Positions 1 through 8,243 of a stretch of 26,890 nucleotides of DNA are shown here, piece after piece. Where the stretch lies: the NCBI GenBank assembly GCA_964236955.1, contig CAXSGP010000062.1, positions 1 through 26,890 on the forward strand. The letters are read 5' to 3'. The stretch is from an uncultured Oligoflexus sp. (GTDB taxonomy: Bacteria; Bdellovibrionota_B; Oligoflexia; Oligoflexales; Oligoflexaceae). The notes under the pieces are model-generated. The model had not been told where the DNA came from. It searched no databases and worked only from the letters and a program-made list of their open reading frames with translations. Position 1 is the stretch's first letter; each line of letters opens with the position of its first letter. The position numbers and the translations under genes were made by a program.

Positions 1-445
1 CAAAATTTCCATAAGCGGGCAGTGTGGTCGACACTCCGAGACCCTGCATTCCATTTATCAGATCATCCAACGATGCTGATAGGTCTAATGCAGGGTTTCT
101 CGTTTTAGCAGAATGTTGGATAAGAGAATTCTCGCCAGTTCCAATTTTTACAGGGAATTCCTAGCCATCCTTTGCTTTTCAGCATAAAAAGGGAGGTAAG
201 GGATCAACGGCGGATCCTTTGAAAAATTAATTCACGGTTTTCTTTTCAACTACTGCGCTAGAGTCAATCCACGATACATCTTTATCCCCGTCTTTCTTTT
301 CAATCCCCTGTGTTTCAACGTTACTTTTTTGTGAAGGAAGTCCGTAAGCGTGAAGAGCTTCCGGCGAAATTTCTGCCGTTTCGCGGCTGCACGCGCTTAT
401 AAGACCTAGAACTAACAAGAGGCGAAGCTGACCTAAAAATTCCAT
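1..445 (-). pseudogene. Probable decayed lipoprotein gene: 72-aa ORF (227-445) whose frame continues past three in-frame stops to the window edge
   Basis: Lipoprotein-like signal LLLVLGLISA|C and AAAGGA upstream of the ATG. The same frame reads N*FFKGSAVDPLPPFLC*KAKDG*EFPVKIGTGENSLIQ...GVSTTLPAYGNF, with stops at 227-229, 179-181 and 161-163, then 53 open codons. It could instead be an intact short lipoprotein. Confidence 0.4.
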
Positions 446-564
446 ATCGTATCCTTTCCAAAGGTTCAGAATTGCAAGAAAAAATAACAGTTGTATGCTA
501 GAGAAGCAAGGGACAGAATATATCCTATAACCGATACCTAAGTGTTTTTACACTAAAATTCTTA

Positions 565-744
565 TCAGAGCTTTCCCCTCCTTTGGTCTAAATCTGTTTC
601 AAAACACTTAGCTACCAAATATTTCACGAGCATGTTTCGGTTCCCCAGCTCGACTGGCTTAGGTTTCGCTTTCAGAAACATGGCTATTGCCTTCCAAGCC
701 TGCGATTCATCTTTCGCCCCTTGTTTTGATCCCTGGTTTTTCAT
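565..744 (-). CDS. Small basic hypothetical protein (59 aa)
   Basis: AAGGAG Shine-Dalgarno 6 nt before the ATG at 744 (MKNQGSKQ...). No family recognised. Confidence 0.45.
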   Translation of the reverse strand: MKNQGSKQGAKDESQAWKAIAMFLKAKPKPVELGNRNMLVKYLVAKCFETDLDQRRGKL

Positions 745-826
745 TCTACACTCCTTTGCTCTCGGCGCAATTTTAAGTCGCATAAATGCACTACAACGCT
801 GAGCGGCTTTTTGAAATTGTGGCTCT

Positions 827-1249
827 TTACTTCGTCGGGAAATCTATGATCCACTCTATTCCAAACTTGTCTCGAAACATCCCAAAATAAGACCCCCAAG
901 GGCTGTCACTCATGGGTACTTCAACAACTCCGCCGGCTGAAAGCCCGGAAAATAACCTGTCTGCTTCCTCCCGATTATCCGCACTCACGGATATTTTCGA
1001 TCGGTTTTCATTTTCGCTGACTGGCCCTAAGCTTTCTGGAACGTCATTTCCTATCAAAGTGTTTTTGCCGACAGGCAAAGCGATTTGCATTATTTTATTC
1101 ATTTCCTTATCCGCTACGGGAAATTCAGGGCTTGCTAAATCTTTCAATCGGATAATTTTTGCAAACTTCCCACCAAACACCGACCGATAGAACTCAAATG
1201 CCAGCTCGGCGTTTCCATTAAAATTAATATGGGGATTAATTGTTGCCAT
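827..1249 (-). CDS. VOC/glyoxalase family protein (PhnB/YjdN-like)
   Basis: INPHINFNGNAELAFEFYRSVFGG at the N-terminus and PWGSYFGMFRDKFGIEW at the C-terminus are typical PhnB-like VOC motifs. Alternative start at 1261. Confidence 0.9.
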   Translation of the reverse strand: MATINPHINFNGNAELAFEFYRSVFGGKFAKIIRLKDLASPEFPVADKEMNKIMQIALPVGKNTLIGNDVPESLGPVSENENRSKISVSADNREEADRLFSGLSAGGVVEVPMSDSPWGSYFGMFRDKFGIEWIIDFPTK

Positions 1250-1284
1250 TTTTTTTCTCATTCCAAAATTTTACAAGTAAAAAG

Positions 1285-1698
1285 TTAAATTTTCTCAGCA
1301 TAATTTTTAAAGTTATCAAGAATCGCCTGCCAACCTGCTTTCTGAAATTCAACCGGATGTTCATTCTCAGGATCGAATTGGATCGTAATCCTGGTTGAAT
1401 GAGCAGACGTTTCAAACGTCGTAACAACCTTTCTTCCATCCGGCATTGTGTAAGCGAGCTTCTTATTCGGAATGACTTCATCATAAGTCGCTTCAAAATC
1501 AAAACCAAAGCTACCGTCTTTCGCTTCCATGCGAGACTTCATTTTGCCGCCGACACGCAGATCGTTTTCAGATCGAGGGCATTGCCAATCGGGGGAAGCG
1601 AAGTTCCACCGGACAATGTGTTTTGGTTCATTATAGCCAGCCCAAACTTTATCTACAGAATTTTGAATCAATGATTCGATAGTAACTTTCGCAGTCAT
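1285..1698 (-). CDS. SRPBCC/AHSA1 (START-like) domain protein
   Basis: VW...P.HIVRWNFASPDW.CP..ENDLRVGG...RMEAKDGSFGFDFE and C-terminal Q..GWQAILDNFK.YAE. Confidence 0.92.
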   Translation of the reverse strand: MTAKVTIESLIQNSVDKVWAGYNEPKHIVRWNFASPDWQCPRSENDLRVGGKMKSRMEAKDGSFGFDFEATYDEVIPNKKLAYTMPDGRKVVTTFETSAHSTRITIQFDPENEHPVEFQKAGWQAILDNFKNYAEKI

Positions 1699-1709
1699 GA
1701 TAAATCCTT

Positions 1710-2324
1710 CTATTGTTTAAAAACTAGTTGAACGTATTCGATAAGATGATTGACGGAAGCTACCGCAAGCTCACGATTCGAGCTGGCTTTAGCCAGAACA
1801 AACGCTCCCTGAAGAACGGCCTGGGTATGCAGCGCCAGGGTTTTAGGATCAGGCGGACGCAGAGGTTGATAGACCTTTACAGCCTCAAAAATATCCGTTT
1901 CAAGTAGGGCCGCATGCCTAAAAATGCTAGCCCGGCAAGCTTCCCTGATAAGCGGATGCGAGTCGTAAACCTCTTGAACCATTGTTCCAACAAGGCAGGT
2001 GAATTCTGAAATTTCACCTTGAATGATGTCTCGCCTAAGCTCTAAGTAACCAAGCACCCGATCAAGCGGATCCGATTTTAACCGATAAGAAGATTTTTCG
2101 AAAAACCCTTCGGTAACCTCTGACCAATGTCCAGCGGCTTGAACAGCAAGATCTTCTTTGCTTGAAAAATAATGGAAAAAAGCCCCTTTCGACACGCCGG
2201 CCTTTGCACAAAACTCGTCGATGGTCGCAGCCGAATATCCCCTGCTCCGGATGAGGTGGAAGGCCGATTCGATAAGCTTTTCTTTGGCCGATTTGCCGTT
2301 TGGCTCTTTGCGCGGTCGAGCCAT
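1710..2324 (-). CDS. TetR/AcrR family transcriptional regulator (NemR-like)
   Basis: N-terminal HTH (LIRSRGYSAATIDEFCAKAGVSKGAFFHYFSSKEDL) and C-terminal TCLVGTMVQE motif. Confidence 0.95.
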   Translation of the reverse strand: MARPRKEPNGKSAKEKLIESAFHLIRSRGYSAATIDEFCAKAGVSKGAFFHYFSSKEDLAVQAAGHWSEVTEGFFEKSSYRLKSDPLDRVLGYLELRRDIIQGEISEFTCLVGTMVQEVYDSHPLIREACRASIFRHAALLETDIFEAVKVYQPLRPPDPKTLALHTQAVLQGAFVLAKASSNRELAVASVNHLIEYVQLVFKQ

Positions 2325-2351
2325 AATTGAAGGCTTCCTTCCAAGATCAGC

Positions 2352-2795
2352 TTACTGTTGAATATCAGGCTCGACGACTTTAGCCAAAAACCTAAGGGAT
2401 TCTTGCCAACCCAGGTAACAAGCCTCAACTGGAATAAGGTCGGGAATACCTTCCTGTTTAATATGAACTTCAGTGCCAACCGACACTTTCTTCAAATCAA
2501 TCGTGGTTTTCATTTTGCCAGGAAGGTTTTGGTCGTCGAAAACGTCCGAATAGACCACGCGTTTGCCCGGAACCAACTCAACGTATTCACCGCCGAAAGA
2601 ATGACTGTGGCCAGTCGTAAAATTGCGAAACGATAACTTCCGCACGCCGCCAACCTTGGCATCCAGTTCATGCACCGTGCACGTGAAACCATTGGGTGGA
2701 AGCCATCGCGCTAATGCATCAGCCTCAGTGAAGGCTCTATAAATTTTGTCCGATGTGGTCGTAAAGACGCGATGCAAATTGATGGTGTTTGGCAT
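2352..2795 (-). CDS. SRPBCC/AHSA1 family protein
   Basis: LHRVF...IYRAF...LARWLPPNGFT...SFGGEY.EL.P...CYLGWQESL. GAGGAG RBS upstream. Confidence 0.93.
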   Translation of the reverse strand: MPNTINLHRVFTTTSDKIYRAFTEADALARWLPPNGFTCTVHELDAKVGGVRKLSFRNFTTGHSHSFGGEYVELVPGKRVVYSDVFDDQNLPGKMKTTIDLKKVSVGTEVHIKQEGIPDLIPVEACYLGWQESLRFLAKVVEPDIQQ

Positions 2796-2845
2796 GGTAA
2801 TGCTCCTCGCGATAAATGTAAGTTACTGAAATCTTATCACACTAT

Positions 2846-2875
2846 TAATATACCAACCAGTTGGTATATTATCAA
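2846..2875 (-). promoter_or_regulatory. Sigma70-type promoter with overlapping palindromic operator, probably for the TetR in this operon
   Basis: Perfect 12-bp inverted repeat TAATATACCAAC-ca-GTTGGTATATTA (2846-2871). The minus strand reads TTGATA(2875-2870)-17 nt-TATATT(2852-2847), about 50 nt upstream of the operon's first ATG. Confidence 0.8.
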
Positions 2876-3149
2876 TGTAAAAAACTTTAATACTCCTGGC
2901 CCAAGTAATCGGTTTTAGCTCTCCAACTTTGCTTGGAATGTTGGCATAACGATGCCGAGCCGGTCTCTGTCCTGCGCTTTCCTGGCATCACACTCACGGG
3001 ATCCGGCCATTGACGCAGAGATAAAAAACAGCAGCTTGCAGAATATTTGCAGCCTCCTCTCAGAATTCATTTTATATTCACGGATAAAGGTAGAACTTGA
3101 AGCAAAGCCGCAGGCTAACGATGTGCCACCCCCGTATTCAAGAGGTCCT

Positions 3150-4466
3150 ATGTTGGGCAAATCCTTCTATGTAGCAATCGCTTTTGGACTCCTTATTAAT
3201 CTAGTGGGTGACCTTAGCGTCTATCGACAGACCTTGATCGAGGCGGATACGGGAAGGTGGATAGAAGAGAGTTACAAAATCCTGCGTATCATCGATGCGG
3301 CAAAGATCAAAGTCTATGAATCCCGGGGCCAAAGCTCTCTGGATCCTTCGATAAAAAACCAATTCGGGCAATTGCAGGCATCGCTTCGCAAACTACCAAA
3401 TCAGGAAGAACGACTCGGCCGTCTCCTGGCTCTTGACCAGGCACAGCTTGTGGCGAAGAATAACAATCCGGCCCTTAGGATACTGGGAGAAATGGGGGCC
3501 GTTGAGATCAATCTGCTGGAAGACCGCTTGAAGAGAGATCATGGCGATCATTTTAACGCGGGCGATCAGATTATAATTGCGAACATTTTGGACCTTACCC
3601 TTATGCTCATAGTTTTTTCGTTTTTCATCAGTGACAGACGAACCGGGCTCAAGATGCAAAGAGCTATGACTTCGGCACTGGCCCATGTCGAATCCGTCAA
3701 TCAAAGCCTGATGCTCAGCATGTCGAAAAAAGATTCAAAATTCAAGTCGACAGTCCACGATCTCAAGAATCCCCTGGGATCGATTAAAGGATTTGCCGAA
3801 CTCCTCCAGGACGAAGAAGGCAACAGCATTTCAACCTTGGAGATGGTGAAGATTATCAAACGTATTTCCGTCAACACTCTCAATCTGGTTGAATCAGTAC
3901 TGCACGTCGAAAACGAGGAAGATGAATCCGACCTCAAGGCCAAGGAGCATCTCAAGGTACTTGACTGCCTCAAGGAAACCTGCCGATTTCTTGAACCCAT
4001 AGCCCGAAATAAAAAACAGACGATAAATATAGAAATAGAAACCTTTACCTATGACTTTGCAATGTGGGCCTCCCGCCATAAGCTTCAGGATATTTTCTAC
4101 AACATCATTGGCAACGCTCTGAAATATTCACCCTTGGGATCTGCCATTTCCGTCAGCTGCAAACGGCTCGACGATTTTCATAGGATCGAAGTCAGCGATC
4201 AGGGCCCGGGGTTCACTGCCGATGATTTCGCGAAGATGTTTACCCCCGGCGCCACCTTAAGCGCTAAACCGACCGGTGGAGAAACGGCGAGTGGCATTGG
4301 TCTCTTCTCGGTGAAAAATTCCCTGGAAGAGCTGGAAGCTAAACTGGACATCATCAATAACCCTGATCACGGCGCCTGCGTCCGCCTTAGTTTTCCCGTC
4401 CGGGTCACGCTCATTCCAGCGAAAACATCATTGACATTGACGGACTCCCAAATCTATCAGCAGTAA
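3150..4466 (+). CDS. Membrane sensor histidine kinase (2 TM with CHASE3-like periplasmic region, HisKA, HATPase_c)
   Basis: H-box VHDLKNPLGSI, N-box NIIGNALKYS, G1 DQGPG, G2 SGIGL. The start at 3150 (AGAGG upstream, TM immediately after) is preferred over 2952. Confidence 0.93.
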   Translation: MLGKSFYVAIAFGLLINLVGDLSVYRQTLIEADTGRWIEESYKILRIIDAAKIKVYESRGQSSLDPSIKNQFGQLQASLRKLPNQEERLGRLLALDQAQLVAKNNNPALRILGEMGAVEINLLEDRLKRDHGDHFNAGDQIIIANILDLTLMLIVFSFFISDRRTGLKMQRAMTSALAHVESVNQSLMLSMSKKDSKFKSTVHDLKNPLGSIKGFAELLQDEEGNSISTLEMVKIIKRISVNTLNLVESVLHVENEEDESDLKAKEHLKVLDCLKETCRFLEPIARNKKQTINIEIETFTYDFAMWASRHKLQDIFYNIIGNALKYSPLGSAISVSCKRLDDFHRIEVSDQGPGFTADDFAKMFTPGATLSAKPTGGETASGIGLFSVKNSLEELEAKLDIINNPDHGACVRLSFPVRVTLIPAKTSLTLTDSQIYQQ

Positions 4467-4468
4467 GA

Positions 4469-4507
4469 AGCCGGGATCATGCCTTGGCCTAGGCCCTGAC
4501 TCCGGCT
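4469..4507. terminator. Imperfect GC-rich hairpin between the convergent kinase and ceramidase genes
   Basis: AGCCGG..TCA.GCCT pairs with AGGC..TGA..CCGGCT. No clear U-tract. Confidence 0.35.
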
Positions 4508-4547
4508 CCTCACGGCATAAAAACCAGCTCCTCGCACCGGTGAACGC

Positions 4548-6662
4548 TTAGTTTATGACGAAAGAACTCGATAGACCCTCGATCGGCTGCAGCCCACCCA
4601 GCAAGGCTTTACGATCGCCTGCATAGCGGATGCGGTAAGTTCCGGCTTCGGCTTTTTCCGTATCCCAGCTTATGGTAATTTTTGAGTCTGTCTTACCACT
4701 GCGCTCCCAGCCAAAAGTTGTCTCCGGATCCCAATCATGGAGGACAGCAACGAAGCCCCCTTCGACAAGTTTTTCGACCACCAGAAAGCTATCCTGGATG
4801 CGATAGTTGTTGTTGGGATGGGCACCCCAAAACTGCACCTTTACAAGGTCCCCCCGATTGTAAGTGGCACTTGGTGGGGTGATGACATCGCCGAATTTAG
4901 AGCCCATGGGAACCGTATCAAACGAGACCCTTTTGCTGAGATTAACGGTTGAGCCCGTAACATCCGGAGGTGTGGGGCCGGGTTCGATTTCGGAGCCGGC
5001 CACCATAGCATTCGAGAGCTTTACGAATTCCTGTTGAAATCCAGCCTGCTCATCAGGTCCAAATTGGGTACAGGCACCTTCATACCATTGCTTCTGATAC
5101 TCTTCACGGGTCGCAAGATAGGACGAATAGGAATTCGCGAGGCCCGACACGACACCGTATTTGACGCCAAGGGGCGCGAGTTCACTCAAGACCGCTTCAC
5201 GAAACCGGCGACCAGACATGGTGGTAACTTCTGCAGGAACGGCGATCAATGCCAGACTACCGATTTTGATCAACTGCACGGGCATGATCTGCGGCGTCAT
5301 CGTCGGGCCACTGATATTGAGGTGGGCGACCCCGGTGGGGAGCAACACTGGCTTTTGACCCTGACACTCTTTATATTCTTCTGAATTGGTGGCCGACCAG
5401 ACTATCGAGAACAGTCCCCCTAGAAAGGAACTCAGTAAGCCTTTTCCGGCATTTTCCTTCCACTTCAGACTCTCAACAGTGGTGCCGTTTTCAAAGAGCG
5501 GAGCTGGACTTGGATTATCGAGTGGACTGCCCGCCGAGAAGGAGGCACCCATGCCGGCAGCACAGGTTTTGCGACCCACACTGGCAACATAAAGCGTGCG
5601 CATATCGACCCATTCGTGGCGATAATCGATAGAGCCTTTAAGTTCCTCATTTGCCGATTCATAGAGTTCTTTGGCCTTAGCATACTGCTTCGAAACAGCA
5701 TTTTCGAGGCTTTTATTGTCTTTAAAATTGACAGTCGGCGGCGCTTCACCCCAGGCAAAGTTAGGGGTTACGTCGCCTTCGTTGGCCTGAGCAAAGCCAG
5801 CAACGAAGGTATTCGACTTTCCATAATCGGTGCCTTTGTCCTTTTCGAAGAGATAGGAAGCCCAGCCTTTGTTATCGCCCGTGATCAGGTGGTTGTTCGG
5901 GCCGATGCTATCGGGATGCACGGCATACCAGTTGAACATCCCCAGTTCCTGGCCCTTGTCCGTTACGAATTTCACCAGCGTAAACGTCTCATCGGTATCG
6001 CTCGCATAGCGGGCCCGTTCCTCAGCGGGATTATTGAGATAGGCAAGCTGCGCCCGGTTACCACCAACGCCAGCCAATTGACCTTCATTGACGAGGATTT
6101 TTCCGGACTGAAGGTTTTGGTGGGCTCTGAGTATCGATTGGTAGATACCGTCCACCAATGAGTCAAAATGGGTTTTAATGAAGCCTTTGATCGTCGCATC
6201 ATAGAGGAAGTAACCCGAGTACCCGCCCGGTCCCCCGTGGGTGTGGGTAGCCGAGAGCAGGATGTTCTTCTCATTATAGTAAGGTGCGAGCTCGGGGTTC
6301 TGAGCCACCCGTTCCGATACCTTCAATTTTACCATTTGGAACATCATACCGAGATCGGCGCTGACGATGACCACTCGTTTGTTTTCATCCCCGACAATGA
6401 ATGCCCGTGAACGGAGACGCATTTGAATTCCGGCAGTTGCCTGCAGGCCATCAGCGAAGCCCATCATACCAATTTCGGCAGCTGGCCCGGTAATGTCGAA
6501 GATTCCAGTGCCAATGATGTAGTTCCCATTTATGCCGGCTAGGTGGGGAGCCTGCGCGCTTAGCCCGATTGGCAAAGACGAGGGCCTGGCATACATGCTC
6601 CCGCCGGTGATAAATAAAGGCAAAGCTCCGCTCAGGACTTTTGCTATCCACTGCTTTCTCAT
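4548..6662 (-). CDS. Neutral/alkaline non-lysosomal ceramidase, probably secreted
   Basis: Motifs DITGPAAEIGMMGFA, ATHTHGGPGG, GDNKG.A, EGDVTPN, EVTTMSGRR, YEG and a C-terminal Ig-like domain. AAGGAG RBS before the ATG at 6662, followed by a signal-like N-terminus. Confidence 0.95.
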   Translation of the reverse strand: MRKQWIAKVLSGALPLFITGGSMYARPSSLPIGLSAQAPHLAGINGNYIIGTGIFDITGPAAEIGMMGFADGLQATAGIQMRLRSRAFIVGDENKRVVIVSADLGMMFQMVKLKVSERVAQNPELAPYYNEKNILLSATHTHGGPGGYSGYFLYDATIKGFIKTHFDSLVDGIYQSILRAHQNLQSGKILVNEGQLAGVGGNRAQLAYLNNPAEERARYASDTDETFTLVKFVTDKGQELGMFNWYAVHPDSIGPNNHLITGDNKGWASYLFEKDKGTDYGKSNTFVAGFAQANEGDVTPNFAWGEAPPTVNFKDNKSLENAVSKQYAKAKELYESANEELKGSIDYRHEWVDMRTLYVASVGRKTCAAGMGASFSAGSPLDNPSPAPLFENGTTVESLKWKENAGKGLLSSFLGGLFSIVWSATNSEEYKECQGQKPVLLPTGVAHLNISGPTMTPQIMPVQLIKIGSLALIAVPAEVTTMSGRRFREAVLSELAPLGVKYGVVSGLANSYSSYLATREEYQKQWYEGACTQFGPDEQAGFQQEFVKLSNAMVAGSEIEPGPTPPDVTGSTVNLSKRVSFDTVPMGSKFGDVITPPSATYNRGDLVKVQFWGAHPNNNYRIQDSFLVVEKLVEGGFVAVLHDWDPETTFGWERSGKTDSKITISWDTEKAEAGTYRIRYAGDRKALLGGLQPIEGLSSSFVIN

Positions 6663-7382
6663 AGATCTCCTTTGAATCGTGATCGCTAACGGTGAACGCA
6701 ACAAGGTCATTGCCCGGATGTTTAACTGGGACGGGCAGAGCTGCAAAAAACGCAAGGCTTCCCGACCTGGCAAGCCACCGATAATGGCAATGCATGTATC
6801 ACGATGTTTTAAGATAGAATTGGAAAAACAATTAATTCTTGCATCTTATTCAGTGATTTTCAATTAATCATTACGAACCTTTTTCGACTGCTCGATTAGA
6901 ATCATCAGCGAAGAATATAGGCTCATCTTCGCATCAAAAATTGTCGATGAAGGCACCTTTAAGATTTGGATCAAATAGATTCAGACCAGGTAAGGCGATC
7001 GTCAAAAAAAATTGGAATCGGGAATGGGTGGGTTCCTGCTGATTATACGGATAGCCTAAAAGGAGTGTCGCATAATAATCATGATAGTCATGACCGCAGT
7101 GCCGCCTAGGGACAGGGAGGGATTGATAGGCTTATGGGCCGGATGGTTTCAAACCGTCTGTGTGTTGGGTGAGAACGACGATGTGCCCCTCTCGTCGTCG
7201 TCGATGCAGAAGTCGCATAACTTTGAGAGCGGCCCGGGCCCCACGGAGAAAGGCTGGGATTTTCCTAATAAAAAAGACCACACGCGGCTTGATGATAATA
7301 CGGCTCCACTGCTCAATCCTACATTGGGCCCATTGCGGGCGTTGTTTGCGGGATGGCGGACGAAGCACTTCCTACGAACGGA

Positions 7383-8036
7383 TTAAGGACCAAGCAATCC
7401 CTTGATCAAAATAAAATGACAAAGCGCGGCGATAGCCACGAGGATATGAAAAATCTCATGATAGCCGAATACTTTAGGCCAGGGATTGGGTTTTCTGAGG
7501 GCATAAATTACGGCACCGATCGTATAAATGATTCCGCCTGCCAGGACTAACACAACGCCTCGCTTGCCAACGACTAAACTCATTTCCGAAAGGTAGGGGA
7601 ACCCAAGCCAGCCTGCTCCAACATACAGTACGGCTGCAAACCATTTGGGAGCGCCGATCCAAAAAACAGACTGAATGATACCAACAATGGCAACGCCCCA
7701 GATCAGGGCAATGGCCTTGAGACTGGTTTCGTTCGGCAAGGTCATAAGGAAAAGGGGGGTCATGGTGCCCGCTATCAGGGAGAAAATCGCAGCGTGATCC
7801 AGGCGCCGCATCATAGCCCGAGGCTTTTCCGCCCACTGAATGCGGTGATAGAAGGCGCTGCAGGTGAAGAGCCCGACCAAACTCAGCGAATAGACCAGGA
7901 TCGCTGAAAATTGCCTTAAATCCTTGCACCGATCTAAAAGCATCAAACAGGCGCCTAAACTCATGTAGGCAGCACCTTCATGAAAGCGTCCCCGCATATA
8001 CGGTTTTTCAAGTTTCGGAATCGATACTTCGCCCAT
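7383..8036 (-). CDS. trhA: Hemolysin III / PAQR family membrane protein
   Basis: KP.MRGRFH, SAFYH (SxxxH), RRLDHAAIF..IAGT.TP, PNPWP.VFGYHEIFH (HxxxH), about 7 TM. Alternative start at 8054. Confidence 0.92.
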   Translation of the reverse strand: MGEVSIPKLEKPYMRGRFHEGAAYMSLGACLMLLDRCKDLRQFSAILVYSLSLVGLFTCSAFYHRIQWAEKPRAMMRRLDHAAIFSLIAGTMTPLFLMTLPNETSLKAIALIWGVAIVGIIQSVFWIGAPKWFAAVLYVGAGWLGFPYLSEMSLVVGKRGVVLVLAGGIIYTIGAVIYALRKPNPWPKVFGYHEIFHILVAIAALCHFILIKGLLGP

Positions 8037-8243
8037 GAGCCTCACCTTCACCATTTTGCATTAATTCTAGCCGCTTCGATTCCAACTTTGCCGGAGGGTC
8101 TGGATTAATCCTCCTCTGGCCAGTCGAGGCTAAACTTTTTTTGGGTTTCTGTCCCTGAAAAACGAATGCCTGCATGAGAAGGGCATGCGTGCCAACGCCC
8201 GGCCTGAACGGGGGCGCCGTGGTGAAGGGAGTGGTATTCATTC

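Noticed and set aside
2915..3149. N-terminal extension of the kinase from 2952, and minus-strand ORF 2915-3160
   Set aside because: A better RBS and TM start lie at 3150, and neither peptide has recognisable features.
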